From the sequence record MT028491.1: DNA of 64,000 bases, one strand, 5' to 3'. The number at the start of each line of letters is the position of its first letter. Within the stretch, counting starts at the first letter, position 1. A program made the translations under genes and the position numbers. This document shows, piece by piece, positions 36,686-46,766 of this stretch. The notes below the pieces were generated by a model. The model searched no databases. It was not told the origin of the DNA and saw only the letters and a list, made by a program, of their open reading frames with translations.

Positions 36686-37429
36686 TCAACCGATGAAATC
36701 CATTGGGGGGAGTTGCCACATACTTTTCATTTGCTCTTGAAGAGTAGTGATTTCTGTATTGGCTTCATCATAGATTTGCTGGCCATTATACGTCACGTTG
36801 GCAGGAAGAACTAGGTTGAACTTCTTAACGTTTTCACCCCATTGCCTTTTAACCAATGCTGTAACGTAATTTAGGAACCAAATGTCTTTCCAGATATTGG
36901 CTGAATTTGAAGAATCGACGCTTCTATAACCCATGAACATGACCTTCTGTCCAACGAATACTGCACCCCAATCGCCGTCAACATAAGCCTTGCCAGTGTT
37001 TACGTTCCATCTGACAGTAGGTTCAACGGTAAGCATCCATTCAATCAATTCCAAATGTCTATGAGCAAGATAGTACGGTTGTACAGAATATGCGGCCATA
37101 CTGAATAGGTTGTCATAGATGATCTGGTATTTGGCAGAGAACATACCGGTTGTTGCTGTTGCACCACCAGCATGAAAATTAAACACTTCTGAAATTGTCA
37201 ACATATTTTCTGGAACTGGCAGGGATCGACTATCAATGTCTTCCTGTGTGATTACATATGGTACTAGGACTTCTTCCGATCCAGAATAGTGGAATGTTGC
37301 ATAATATAGCAAAGCATCGTCAATACGATCTTGAATCTGATCTTCTGAAACGTTTACCTGAATAACAGGTTCGCCAAGTCGTCTAAGAATATAATCTCTT
37401 AGCTCTTGTCTATTTCTTGGTAATGCCAT
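36686..37429 (-). CDS. gp13: Neck protein
   Basis: RQELRDYILRRLGEPVIQVNVSEDQIQDRIDDAL, YVTALVKRQWGEN, NGQQIYDEA. Confidence 0.95.
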   Translation of the reverse strand: MALPRNRQELRDYILRRLGEPVIQVNVSEDQIQDRIDDALLYYATFHYSGSEEVLVPYVITQEDIDSRSLPVPENMLTISEVFNFHAGGATATTGMFSAKYQIIYDNLFSMAAYSVQPYYLAHRHLELIEWMLTVEPTVRWNVNTGKAYVDGDWGAVFVGQKVMFMGYRSVDSSNSANIWKDIWFLNYVTALVKRQWGENVKKFNLVLPANVTYNGQQIYDEANTEITTLQEQMKSMWQLPPMDFIG

Positions 37430-38115
37430 TAAAATGTAGCTCCAAATTCATTAAGATTAGATTTTGATTGTACTTCTGGAATAGTTCTTAGAGTAAATAA
37501 TTCAGACGTTTTACGATAAAGTTCATTTTTGGCTTCATCAAAGTTATTGAATTTGCCTTCATCGGCCATAGAAAATACTTCTAATTGTGATTTACGAATC
37601 CCGTTTAAACAGGCTTCCATTCGCAAAATGAGCTTATAAAGATCATTTGCATTTAGAATAACTTTATTAAATTCATAATCATAATGAACAAAGTAATCGT
37701 TGTGATAATCGTATTCATTTGGAGTATTCAGGGATTTTAGATAATTTAAATCTTTCCAAGAACCAGCAAATGTCAAGTCATTATGAGTAAATCTAAAATC
37801 TTCTTCGATAAGTTTTCGAAATTGATCTACTTCATACTTGATTTCGTATGAATTATATGGCCTGAATTTTACATCAATTTGTGGAATTCCTTGACCGTCT
37901 AAGACGAAATCATAGGATTCCATGATATGATCTTTAGGAGCTATCGGATGTGGAATAATATAAATTCCCCTATCGTTTAGCTCTTTATCGGTAAGCAATT
38001 CAGCCGATGACCAGTCTAATTCTCGACCGCGATCATCTAAAAGTTTCGCATTCCTATATCGTTCAATAATACGTCCATCTAAAGTTTTAGTAACTACGTG
38101 AGGAACAAAATTCAT
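37429..38115 (-). CDS. Hypothetical protein, possibly tail fibre assembly factor
   Basis: 228-aa ORF after the fibre and adhesin genes; function from position only. Confidence 0.4.
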   Translation of the reverse strand: MNFVPHVVTKTLDGRIIERYRNAKLLDDRGRELDWSSAELLTDKELNDRGIYIIPHPIAPKDHIMESYDFVLDGQGIPQIDVKFRPYNSYEIKYEVDQFRKLIEEDFRFTHNDLTFAGSWKDLNYLKSLNTPNEYDYHNDYFVHYDYEFNKVILNANDLYKLILRMEACLNGIRKSQLEVFSMADEGKFNNFDEAKNELYRKTSELFTLRTIPEVQSKSNLNEFGATF

Positions 38116-38130
38116 TATAACTCCAAAAAA

Positions 38131-38973
38131 TTATGACCAATATATATCTATCCAGCCTTGACCGCCGTATGCAGCTTGACCTTTATCAGTATATCTAGAA
38201 CCACCAGTGAAACCACCAGCACCACCGGGACCAACATGAACACTGGTTACAACACCACGATTGTAGGCACCGTAACCACCTTTCGCTAAACTTCGTTTAG
38301 CATAGCCGCCGTTACCACCGTTACCACCGCGAGAATCCATGAATGTTTTGCCACCGCCGCCATGAATCCAATTTCCGCCCCAATAAGTTCCAGCACCGCC
38401 ACCACCGCCACCACCTGTTTGGTTGACGTTTCCGTTGACACCGTATCCCCAAGCACCATTTGCGCCGTCTGTTAAATCCGATGCATTTGATTGTCCTTGT
38501 GTTCCACCATTTCCACCAATTGCAGAAACATTGAAACCATTACATTGGAAAATACTATCTCCACCTTTACCACCATCAGAACCGAAAACAGGTTCACTTT
38601 GCCATCTAGTAACTAGATAACCTCCACCCGGTTCACGTTGCATATATGTGTACTGATATGAATAAATGTATGATGCACCGCCGCCACCGCCGCCAGCACC
38701 ATAAACATAAACATCCATATTTTCATAAGCTGGCCATGTAAAACTTGTCCAGCCTAATGCTCTTGGATGATATGAACCAGATGTAGCAACGGAAGAACCA
38801 TAAAATTGAGATAACCAAATAGTTCCACCGGTAGGAATACTTGCATTGCGTGATGTATTGGGAACAAGTCCAGCACCACGATAATACCATGACAACCATC
38901 TAGGGTTTCCATATGAGCCAAATTCGGCGGAAATTTCAGCTATACTGATCCAACCAGAACCGACTAGTGCCAT
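38131..38973 (-). CDS. Glycine-rich gp38-like adhesin / fibre-tip protein
   Basis: Trp-rich N-domain (GWISIAEISAEFG...WLSWYY...IWLSQFYG) then many GGxGG/GGGGGG runs with aromatic loops; follows the fibre gene. Confidence 0.65.
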   Translation of the reverse strand: MALVGSGWISIAEISAEFGSYGNPRWLSWYYRGAGLVPNTSRNASIPTGGTIWLSQFYGSSVATSGSYHPRALGWTSFTWPAYENMDVYVYGAGGGGGGASYIYSYQYTYMQREPGGGYLVTRWQSEPVFGSDGGKGGDSIFQCNGFNVSAIGGNGGTQGQSNASDLTDGANGAWGYGVNGNVNQTGGGGGGGAGTYWGGNWIHGGGGKTFMDSRGGNGGNGGYAKRSLAKGGYGAYNRGVVTSVHVGPGGAGGFTGGSRYTDKGQAAYGGQGWIDIYWS

Positions 38974-38975
38974 TT

Positions 38976-40634
38976 TTATACCCCTTTAAGTCTTTTAATT
39001 TCTTCTTCCAATTCGGAAATCTTAGACTCATATTTAGCGTCAATTTCTTTGATAGCTTCAATGAGTAGAGCGCTAATATTACCATAGGAAACAGTTAGAA
39101 GGTCTTCTTCTCCGTTGTTGAATGCCATAACAACCTGTGGAATAACTTGCTGAATTTCTTGAGCAATCACGCCAATTTGACGATCACCATTGTCTTTTCT
39201 GGTATATTCAACACCACGTAATTTCTTTGTTTTTTCCAAAGCATTACTAATTGTGCTAATGTTTGTCTTGATTTTAATATCAGAATAAGCACCAACGTTA
39301 CCTTGAGAATAAAGATTGCCACTAGTATCAGCGGTCACACGAATAGTTCCACCATCCATTAGACGCCATGCACCATCGGATGTTACATGATGATTCCAAC
39401 GTCTAACACCGGAACGCTCAATGAAGATTTGTGGAGAACCACTAGCAACACCAATATCAGATGTGAAGGTTTGACCGTTCACATTAGCCTTGGTATTTGG
39501 ATTGAAGTTATTAGCATTCCATGTGAAATTGGTAATGTAATTGCTATTGAATGCAGTGGACCAGATATTACCATCACTCTGAATAAATGTTGGGGTGGAA
39601 ATATAAGTTCCAGCCGCATTATAGAATGAAAAACGCAACTGTGGAGTTGAGTTATTGGCTGTATGGATTTTATATTGATGGAAACTATCGATTAGTGTTA
39701 AACTAGCATCTGACTTTGTAATAGAAATATTACCAGTAAGATTGCCACCATTTACACCCAACTTTGTGTTAGGATCGAAATTGCCAGAATGCCATACATT
39801 TTGACCATTGACACGAATGTTTCCAGACATGTCAAGAACGCCATTGATAGTATCAACAAACCCCTTGACTTGGTTAGAAGAATCTAGAAAGGCAATACCT
39901 TTCCAAAGCTTAAATCCAATGTTATATGTGGTATAGTTGATAGCATCGCCATTACCGTTAATAATTTGGTTTGTGCCAACACCATTGAAGGTAATATCAC
40001 CAGTCAGAGCGCCACCAGATTTGCTAAATTTGATGTCGTTAATTTCCTGCAAAGCGGCCTGCACATTTGCAGAAATCAAGCCACCGGCTGGAATAAAAGG
40101 TGTATTGGTTGCGTTCAAACCAATATTAACGCGAGCTAGATTAGGGTCTGGTAGATCGCCAAGATTTTCAGCCTTTGCCAAAGCATTGGCAACAGCGAAA
40201 ATACCGTATGCATTAACCTTTACCTTTTGACCGGCAGTAAGTGCAACACCAAGAACAATGCTATTCCCTGTCGTTGCTGTATAATCGCTGGATTGAAGGA
40301 TTTCACCACCAACAAACACGTCAATATTGTCTGGTGTATATGCCAGAATTTCGCCGTGAAGATCGGGACCGGCAATGGTAGTTTGGCCAGCCGAACCAGT
40401 GAATTCGAATCGTTTAATTTGTGCCGCACCACCACTTGTAGTATCGTCAACATATTTCTTGTTGGCGAGTTCATTGTCTGTAGCTGGTTCCAAAGGTTGA
40501 TTAAGCGGTCCTGTAAGGGTATCGCCAGATTTCTTGACGTAATCACCCGACTCATTGGAAAGGTTGTTAATGGCTTCGAAAACATCAGTCATCTTAGCCA
40601 TTGAATGAGGGGATGTATCGATAATATCAGCCAT
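38976..40634 (-). CDS. Tail fibre protein with C-terminal intramolecular chaperone (peptidase S74)
   Basis: YVKKSGDTLTG, KKYVDD, repeated WxxxNFxPNTK; C-terminal YSDIKIKTNI..LRGVEY..GVIAQEIQQVIPQVV. Confidence 0.88.
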   Translation of the reverse strand: MADIIDTSPHSMAKMTDVFEAINNLSNESGDYVKKSGDTLTGPLNQPLEPATDNELANKKYVDDTTSGGAAQIKRFEFTGSAGQTTIAGPDLHGEILAYTPDNIDVFVGGEILQSSDYTATTGNSIVLGVALTAGQKVKVNAYGIFAVANALAKAENLGDLPDPNLARVNIGLNATNTPFIPAGGLISANVQAALQEINDIKFSKSGGALTGDITFNGVGTNQIINGNGDAINYTTYNIGFKLWKGIAFLDSSNQVKGFVDTINGVLDMSGNIRVNGQNVWHSGNFDPNTKLGVNGGNLTGNISITKSDASLTLIDSFHQYKIHTANNSTPQLRFSFYNAAGTYISTPTFIQSDGNIWSTAFNSNYITNFTWNANNFNPNTKANVNGQTFTSDIGVASGSPQIFIERSGVRRWNHHVTSDGAWRLMDGGTIRVTADTSGNLYSQGNVGAYSDIKIKTNISTISNALEKTKKLRGVEYTRKDNGDRQIGVIAQEIQQVIPQVVMAFNNGEEDLLTVSYGNISALLIEAIKEIDAKYESKISELEEEIKRLKGV

Positions 40635-40637
40635 TAA

Positions 40638-40859
40638 TTATTCGTCCGGTCTAATAAGTGTTAAAAGCAAATTCTCAAGATATTGAACTTTTTCTTCTAG
40701 TGAAGATACTTGAATTTTAAGTTCATCTACTTCTTTATTTATATTAGAAATTCGCTTTTTTTCAGCTTTGATTTTTTTATACTCTGCTAATGCAGAAGGG
40801 TCCGCTGACACTACTGCCAGCGAACCGTTATCTCTTTTAACGCCTTTTTGTTCTATCAT
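40638..40859 (-). CDS. Small coiled-coil protein in the virion gene cluster
   Basis: 73-aa ORF abutting both neighbours. Confidence 0.65.
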   Translation of the reverse strand: MIEQKGVKRDNGSLAVVSADPSALAEYKKIKAEKKRISNINKEVDELKIQVSSLEEKVQYLENLLLTLIRPDE

Positions 40860-43800
40860 TATTTCTGCAATGCAATGACACGAAGGTCTTTACAACGTGG
40901 AACCAATGAAGTATTTCCGCTAAGAAGGACTACCTTAATTGCAAAATACTTGAAGCCGGTAAACTTAATTCCGTTAGGGTTGGTGTACTGTACTTCTTCA
41001 TTCGGTCCAGTCAGAGCGCTTGAAGGAATAGAGAATTTAAGTTCTCTAAAGTCATTTTCATTATTCTTTGCAGAATAAGAAATTTTGCTTGACTCTTCAA
41101 ATTCTTGCCATTCCAGATTATCAAACAATGTTGAGTCTTCACCATGCAATAGCTTGTAATAGACTTTTACACTTGTTGATGCTGGTCTATATGCTCCAAT
41201 GTAAACCTGTAGGTCTTCCGCGTCTTGGTCTTCATCAAGAGTAACCTTGTTGGTTAGATAACGCGCTAGAGCCTCACCACCATTTGTTCCATCTTCATCG
41301 GTTGCATCATTGTTGATAATGTTCTTGACAAAGATAAGGTTTGACCTTGATAGATCGACCAAAGGACTAATATAATTGTTGAAGGATTCAAAGGCACCAT
41401 TAAAGACTACAGATTTAGTTCCACCCTCATTAGAGAATGATTTAACCATCTTTTCGTCATCAAGTGGTGTATTTTCCTTTACATTTATATATGATGGAGA
41501 ACCATCGGGAGAACCAGCATTGTTAGTTCCAACAAAGTTCCATTCGATATTCGTATTTGAGAATGTCAAATACGATGGTTCGAACTGGATTAAGTTCATT
41601 GCAGGATTTAGAATTGTTGTGATATCAGCTTTAGCCCCTGATAGAATACCAGTGATTTGTCCACCAGTATTTACTAGAGATTGGGCTTTACCACGAATGA
41701 TAGCAGTTGTACCATCTAGCAATTCAAGTTCAAATGTTGGTACGATTACTTCACTAAGAGTTGTAGTACCGGAAATATTTCCAGCAATAACAACATTACA
41801 AATTTCACCAACAACAAATTTTCCTACAACATCTTTGATGTAAACATAACCAGATGAAGTGTTGATGCTTGAAACCAAACCAGTTGCACCAGATGTTTGC
41901 CCTACAAGTTGATAACCGTTAGACAAAGCTACTGTTGAAGCGGTAACACGAACTCTTGTTTCACCTTGAATCAATTCACCCTTGGCAAATGTACCATTGA
42001 TGTTTGAGATATCCAAGAATTCATAATCATCGTTTGACATGCTCATTGATCCAGTCAATGAAGTGAATTCAGCACGATATAGGCGGAATTTCATGTCTTC
42101 ATCTTGGATTGGCGACCATGTACGATCATTTGCAGAGATATACATCACACCAGTATATGGTTGTTCGTTAACAACAGTCTGTGTTGCAATATCTGTTTCA
42201 CCAAGTTTTGCAGTCCATAATGTAGTGTTATTGTTATCTGCAACGGGTTTAACTACAATCGCATATTCTGTCTTGTCTTCAACATAGACAGGAGCCGTGA
42301 ATTTGAATGTTGTTGGAACGGTTCCATCTTCTGAAACTTCAATGTTTGCTGGTGGCAATTCTACTTGAGAATAAGGAAGAATCCATGGAGTTAGGGTGCT
42401 GTTTGCGTCCACTTCACGAATTTCAACAAGTGCACCATATTGAGTGTCTTTATCCTTAAAATAAAGATCAATCTGTGTCAGGAAACAACCGGCAGAAACA
42501 CCTTTAAGATCGATAAGAAATGTTTGTGCAACCGGATCAGGACCACCACCACGTTCACCACCAGAACCAGAAGGTCCACGTGCCTCTGGTGTACTTGTAA
42601 CAACAGTTGAGCTTGAGCTTGATGTTGTTACAGATGAAATAACCTGTGATTCTGTAACAGTATTAACAGACACTTGTGGACGAACAGTTGAAACAATTGT
42701 TGACTGTTTAGTCTGTGATAGACCTTCCGCCGTGTATGTTGATTCCGCTGATGTTGTAACAGCACCAGTTTCTTGACTATTGGTAATGGAGTCTGTTAGA
42801 CGCAATACCTTAGAACCAGTACGGAACTTCTTCTTAGTATTATTTGGCAACATGAAAAGAGCATAAACTTCTCCGTTTTCAGTTGAAACAATACGATCAC
42901 CCAACGCACCTTCTGGATCAAATGATGGAGAAGCCGGAACCATATATTCAGTAACGTTTTCACCGTCAAAGAATGCATATAGTCTGGTTTTTGGCTTAAC
43001 ACCGGTAGCCTTAACACCAATTGGACGTGCGCGCATGTATGGAACAAGGCTAACGTCGATAACACGATCACCATAGCTTTGTGTGGTTGTTACACCGGAC
43101 ACATTCAACTGTGTTCCAGAACGTGTTTGTCCTTGTGACGTAGTTGTAGTGGTTGTGTTAGTTGTGGTTGTTGAAGACTGGCCACGGTTGTTGTTTGAGG
43201 TTGTTGAAACAGAAGTTTCATTAGAAACACCTGTCCAGATTGTTTGCCAATCGCCCCAATTTGTTCCCCAAGCATCAGCAAGAGATTGCCAAGCGGCATA
43301 GTCGCCTGTGTCGTCAATTTGCAAGTCTGGTGCTTGTGTAGTATCGGTCCAATAGTCCTCACTAGGATTTAGGCCCATGTTACCAACAAAGCGATACATA
43401 GCACCAGCCAAATTTCGAGTCGTTGTCGAATAAGGCTGAGAAATGAATTCCTTGTTGCTAAATGGTAGTGTGACAATTCCAGAATTGTTAACAAGACCAG
43501 AAGTGTTTAGAAGTTTGAGCTTAATATTGTTAAGTTCAAACTTTGGACGCATTTCACACTTGGTTGAATCGATAGCGATTGCATAATCAGGATGTGTATA
43601 ATCCGCAACCTTGTGGCTACGGAATGGATCAACCAGAATACCATTCTTGAAACGATTTAGACCGTTTTCATCTGTAATCGTCATGTCAAGAGTGTCTTTT
43701 TCTAGAAGAGAAAGAGACGTATAATATTCAAGGTTGTTAACACGCTGATTGATTACGCCAATATCACGCATTGTATAGCGTTTATTGAAGACCTGTTTAA

Positions 43801-46687
43801 CGCTGTTAGCATATTGTGGTCTATTATAGAGCTTCGCAACGTCATATGGGAGTGACGGATATGGAGCAATATTAATAACCGCAAGTGTCATACAATCGCT
43901 TGGTTCTTGTGGAGTAATCGCAGTTGTAGCAGGAACACCAGTTACAGAACGGAATTCACCTGTAGAGTTAATGACGATCAAATCTTTACGTCCAAGGTAA
44001 TATTGAAGATCGGCAATAAAGTTGGTGTTTGGTGCAACGGTATATAGACCGGCTGTAGCCTGTTTATATGTGTTCGTTGTGCTAGGATTGGTTGAAGCTG
44101 TTTCGACTGTTGATGCGTCCGAAGCGGTATTAACCTTAGAAGGACGTGTATCAATGCAATCTCTAAGAGAGTAATTTACACCAGTAGTTGGTGATACGAA
44201 TACAGGAATTTGAGCGGTTTGAATTGCCGCTGTATTGGCTGTATTTGCATCATCAATCTGATAAGAGTCTACGCTGAAATAACCTTGACCTTGTGAAAAG
44301 TCATGTTCAAAATAATCAAGATTAACAACGATTTTTTGTCCAGATGTAGGAGCCGTTGCTAATTTGATAGAAGCGTGATCATAGAAATTATCACGCTGAC
44401 CATCATCTAGGCTATAACCCATAGTCAATCCATTTGATAGTGTGTTTGTAGTAGGAACACTATCGAATGCTAGAACATAATTGATGTTGAAAACATCTGA
44501 AATACCAAGATTGTAAGTTCCACCAAGTCCAGCCGAACCAGTATCGATGATAACAAAACGATTTTTCTTGACATTCTTTTTGATTTCGCGAGCGTCAATT
44601 TTGTTTACTTTACAAATCACAGTACCAGTGATAGCCGAAGCGAAAGTTTCGCCAAGAACAATCGACATGGAGTTATTTGTATCAACGTTGATGGAACGTG
44701 CGGCATTAGCCCCACGACCTGTCATGTTAACAATATCGCCCGGTAGGAAAGACTTTAGAATTGCACCTGTTAGGGTTGAACCGGCTGTCTTATCAACTTC
44801 AAGAGAAGTGTTTGAGTTGATTTTTGTAACGTGTCCAACTACAGTTCCGTTGACCTTTAGACGATCACCAATCGAAACCTGATTTGTGAAGTTGGTGCTT
44901 GTTCCAGTAACAATCTTTGTTCCACTGTTGATAGTAGCCGTACCTGTTAGGGCCGCTGAGTCAACAGTTGAATTTAGCGTAACAATAATTTCATTCTTTT
45001 GGGTATTATTGAGCGCTCCAATGCTATATGGGAATATGTCATTGGCTGTAGAGGTTGTTAGAGAGAATGTTCCACCAGTACCAATGTTAACGTCAAAGCG
45101 TCTCATATAGGTAAAGGTAGTGTCAATGTCACCAGAAGCATCACGCAACGTTTTAACATTGCTTGAGCTAATTGGGAAAACACCATTACTAAATGCGGTT
45201 TCTCTTAGAGTAGAAACGCCGTTTGTTAGAATTACGTCTGCAACACCAGAAGAACGACCAGTTTGTGGTAGATAAAGAGCCTTAACGTTCTTAAATTCAC
45301 CATTGGTCATCTTAATGTCATAGAGATAGACATTATATTGAGCGGTTGCAGTGCCGATATCACCACCAGCATATTCAACAGCACGAACACGCGCTGTACC
45401 AATCTGTGTTCCAGTTGGGGCAGTTGTAGAAGCTGTATTGTTTGTGATTCTAGCTTGCGCGGTATTGTAAAGATTTACGATAGCACCGGCTGTAAAATCC
45501 CATGCACCCATGAATTCGTTAACAACAACATATGAACCGTAGTTTGCAGATACAACTTGTTGTTCAACGGACTGGAAATCCAATCCCTTGCGAATAGGTA
45601 CATATTTGGTTACTAGGGTTTCGATATCATAACCGAAAACATAAGCTAGACCTGACTCAACACCCACGGCTAGTTGTGATGAATTACCACCCTTTTCAGC
45701 CGAATATAGGCCAAAATTTGTGCCGGTATCTAGGTGTTCACGAACCTTAGTTTGCAATCCACGAACAACATATGAACCAGATTCGTCATATGTACGACGA
45801 GCAAGTTCATCACGAATGACAGAATAAGAAGTCTTATCATTCTTTTCGCGAATGATACCATCTTCAATATCATAGATTTTCTTGAAATCTGGATCGGTAT
45901 CGGTTAGACGCATAACCTTGATAGAAGGGTTAAGCTGTAGTCTGTCCGCACCGGGGGCATCGAAGTTGGTTGCATTGTTGGCGTTGTCTTTTAGGGTTTC
46001 GTCTTCAATGTAATCAACAATGTTTTCATTAACTACAAAACCAATTTGACAACTTGGCTTGTTTGTGTATTTGCCAGCAATCACTTTTGATTCTTCAAAG
46101 CGAACGAAATAGCCCTTAGCATAAAGAACGCCCTCTTTGATAATGAATTGCAAGCTGTTACCAATTGCATCTTCTTCAATGCGAATCGTTACAGATGCAT
46201 TTGTATCTTCGGCGCGCAAACGTTCGCCGGGGGAAAATGTCTTTGTTTCGTTGTCATTACCAGACGAAACATATTTGACGAATAGGGTCTTAGGTTCAAA
46301 AACACCCAAGTTATCGGTTGCGGCTGCAACATCAATAACATATGCACGAACGCCACTGTTTTCCGAATAGATGTAGCTATTACGGAAATTTTCAACATTC
46401 ACATTCACGCCTAGATAGTCGGTATCTTCAAGTTTGAGATATCCAACGGTTCCATCCAGTACGGTTTGTCCACCTGTGACAAGTGAACCTTCATTAAAGA
46501 TATGATCAGCAAAGCGTCTGACTTGCTGATATTCCATGTTTTGTAATTGGTTTAGTTCGCGAGTTTGAACAGCTAGAGACGGCTTAAATAGAACCCTGTA
46601 GTAATTCTTCTTATAATCGTAATCATCGAAGTAAGGGGCAGTATTAAAGCTTGTCGTTAGCTGTGAATTGTTACTGTTTTCAGCCAT
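40859..46687 (-). CDS. Very large virion/baseplate structural protein (DUF4815-type)
   Basis: FNTAPYFDDYDYKKNYYRVLFKPSLAVQTRELNQLQ, LARRTYDESG, RFKNGILVDPF, DPVAQTF; start moved to MAENS at 46687. Confidence 0.85.
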   Translation of the reverse strand: MAENSNNSQLTTSFNTAPYFDDYDYKKNYYRVLFKPSLAVQTRELNQLQNMEYQQVRRFADHIFNEGSLVTGGQTVLDGTVGYLKLEDTDYLGVNVNVENFRNSYIYSENSGVRAYVIDVAAATDNLGVFEPKTLFVKYVSSGNDNETKTFSPGERLRAEDTNASVTIRIEEDAIGNSLQFIIKEGVLYAKGYFVRFEESKVIAGKYTNKPSCQIGFVVNENIVDYIEDETLKDNANNATNFDAPGADRLQLNPSIKVMRLTDTDPDFKKIYDIEDGIIREKNDKTSYSVIRDELARRTYDESGSYVVRGLQTKVREHLDTGTNFGLYSAEKGGNSSQLAVGVESGLAYVFGYDIETLVTKYVPIRKGLDFQSVEQQVVSANYGSYVVVNEFMGAWDFTAGAIVNLYNTAQARITNNTASTTAPTGTQIGTARVRAVEYAGGDIGTATAQYNVYLYDIKMTNGEFKNVKALYLPQTGRSSGVADVILTNGVSTLRETAFSNGVFPISSSNVKTLRDASGDIDTTFTYMRRFDVNIGTGGTFSLTTSTANDIFPYSIGALNNTQKNEIIVTLNSTVDSAALTGTATINSGTKIVTGTSTNFTNQVSIGDRLKVNGTVVGHVTKINSNTSLEVDKTAGSTLTGAILKSFLPGDIVNMTGRGANAARSINVDTNNSMSIVLGETFASAITGTVICKVNKIDAREIKKNVKKNRFVIIDTGSAGLGGTYNLGISDVFNINYVLAFDSVPTTNTLSNGLTMGYSLDDGQRDNFYDHASIKLATAPTSGQKIVVNLDYFEHDFSQGQGYFSVDSYQIDDANTANTAAIQTAQIPVFVSPTTGVNYSLRDCIDTRPSKVNTASDASTVETASTNPSTTNTYKQATAGLYTVAPNTNFIADLQYYLGRKDLIVINSTGEFRSVTGVPATTAITPQEPSDCMTLAVINIAPYPSLPYDVAKLYNRPQYANSVKQVFNKRYTMRDIGVINQRVNNLEYYTSLSLLEKDTLDMTITDENGLNRFKNGILVDPFRSHKVADYTHPDYAIAIDSTKCEMRPKFELNNIKLKLLNTSGLVNNSGIVTLPFSNKEFISQPYSTTTRNLAGAMYRFVGNMGLNPSEDYWTDTTQAPDLQIDDTGDYAAWQSLADAWGTNWGDWQTIWTGVSNETSVSTTSNNNRGQSSTTTTNTTTTTTSQGQTRSGTQLNVSGVTTTQSYGDRVIDVSLVPYMRARPIGVKATGVKPKTRLYAFFDGENVTEYMVPASPSFDPEGALGDRIVSTENGEVYALFMLPNNTKKKFRTGSKVLRLTDSITNSQETGAVTTSAESTYTAEGLSQTKQSTIVSTVRPQVSVNTVTESQVISSVTTSSSSSTVVTSTPEARGPSGSGGERGGGPDPVAQTFLIDLKGVSAGCFLTQIDLYFKDKDTQYGALVEIREVDANSTLTPWILPYSQVELPPANIEVSEDGTVPTTFKFTAPVYVEDKTEYAIVVKPVADNNNTTLWTAKLGETDIATQTVVNEQPYTGVMYISANDRTWSPIQDEDMKFRLYRAEFTSLTGSMSMSNDDYEFLDISNINGTFAKGELIQGETRVRVTASTVALSNGYQLVGQTSGATGLVSSINTSSGYVYIKDVVGKFVVGEICNVVIAGNISGTTTLSEVIVPTFELELLDGTTAIIRGKAQSLVNTGGQITGILSGAKADITTILNPAMNLIQFEPSYLTFSNTNIEWNFVGTNNAGSPDGSPSYINVKENTPLDDEKMVKSFSNEGGTKSVVFNGAFESFNNYISPLVDLSRSNLIFVKNIINNDATDEDGTNGGEALARYLTNKVTLDEDQDAEDLQVYIGAYRPASTSVKVYYKLLHGEDSTLFDNLEWQEFEESSKISYSAKNNENDFRELKFSIPSSALTGPNEEVQYTNPNGIKFTGFKYFAIKVVLLSGNTSLVPRCKDLRVIALQK

Positions 46688-46739
46688 AGATAAAAACCAT
46701 ATTCCTAAAAATATAAAAAAGGCGATTGTCTTCTTATTG

Positions 46740-46747
46740 TATTTATA
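46740..46747 (-). promoter_or_regulatory. Late promoter for the large virion protein
   Basis: TATAAATA on the minus strand. Confidence 0.75.
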
Positions 46748-46766
46748 TGACAATCGCCTTTAAGTA

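Noticed and set aside
38131-40634. Diversity-generating retroelement acting on the fibre or adhesin
   Set aside because: No reverse transcriptase and no template/variable repeat pair seen in this window; cannot be excluded elsewhere in the genome.
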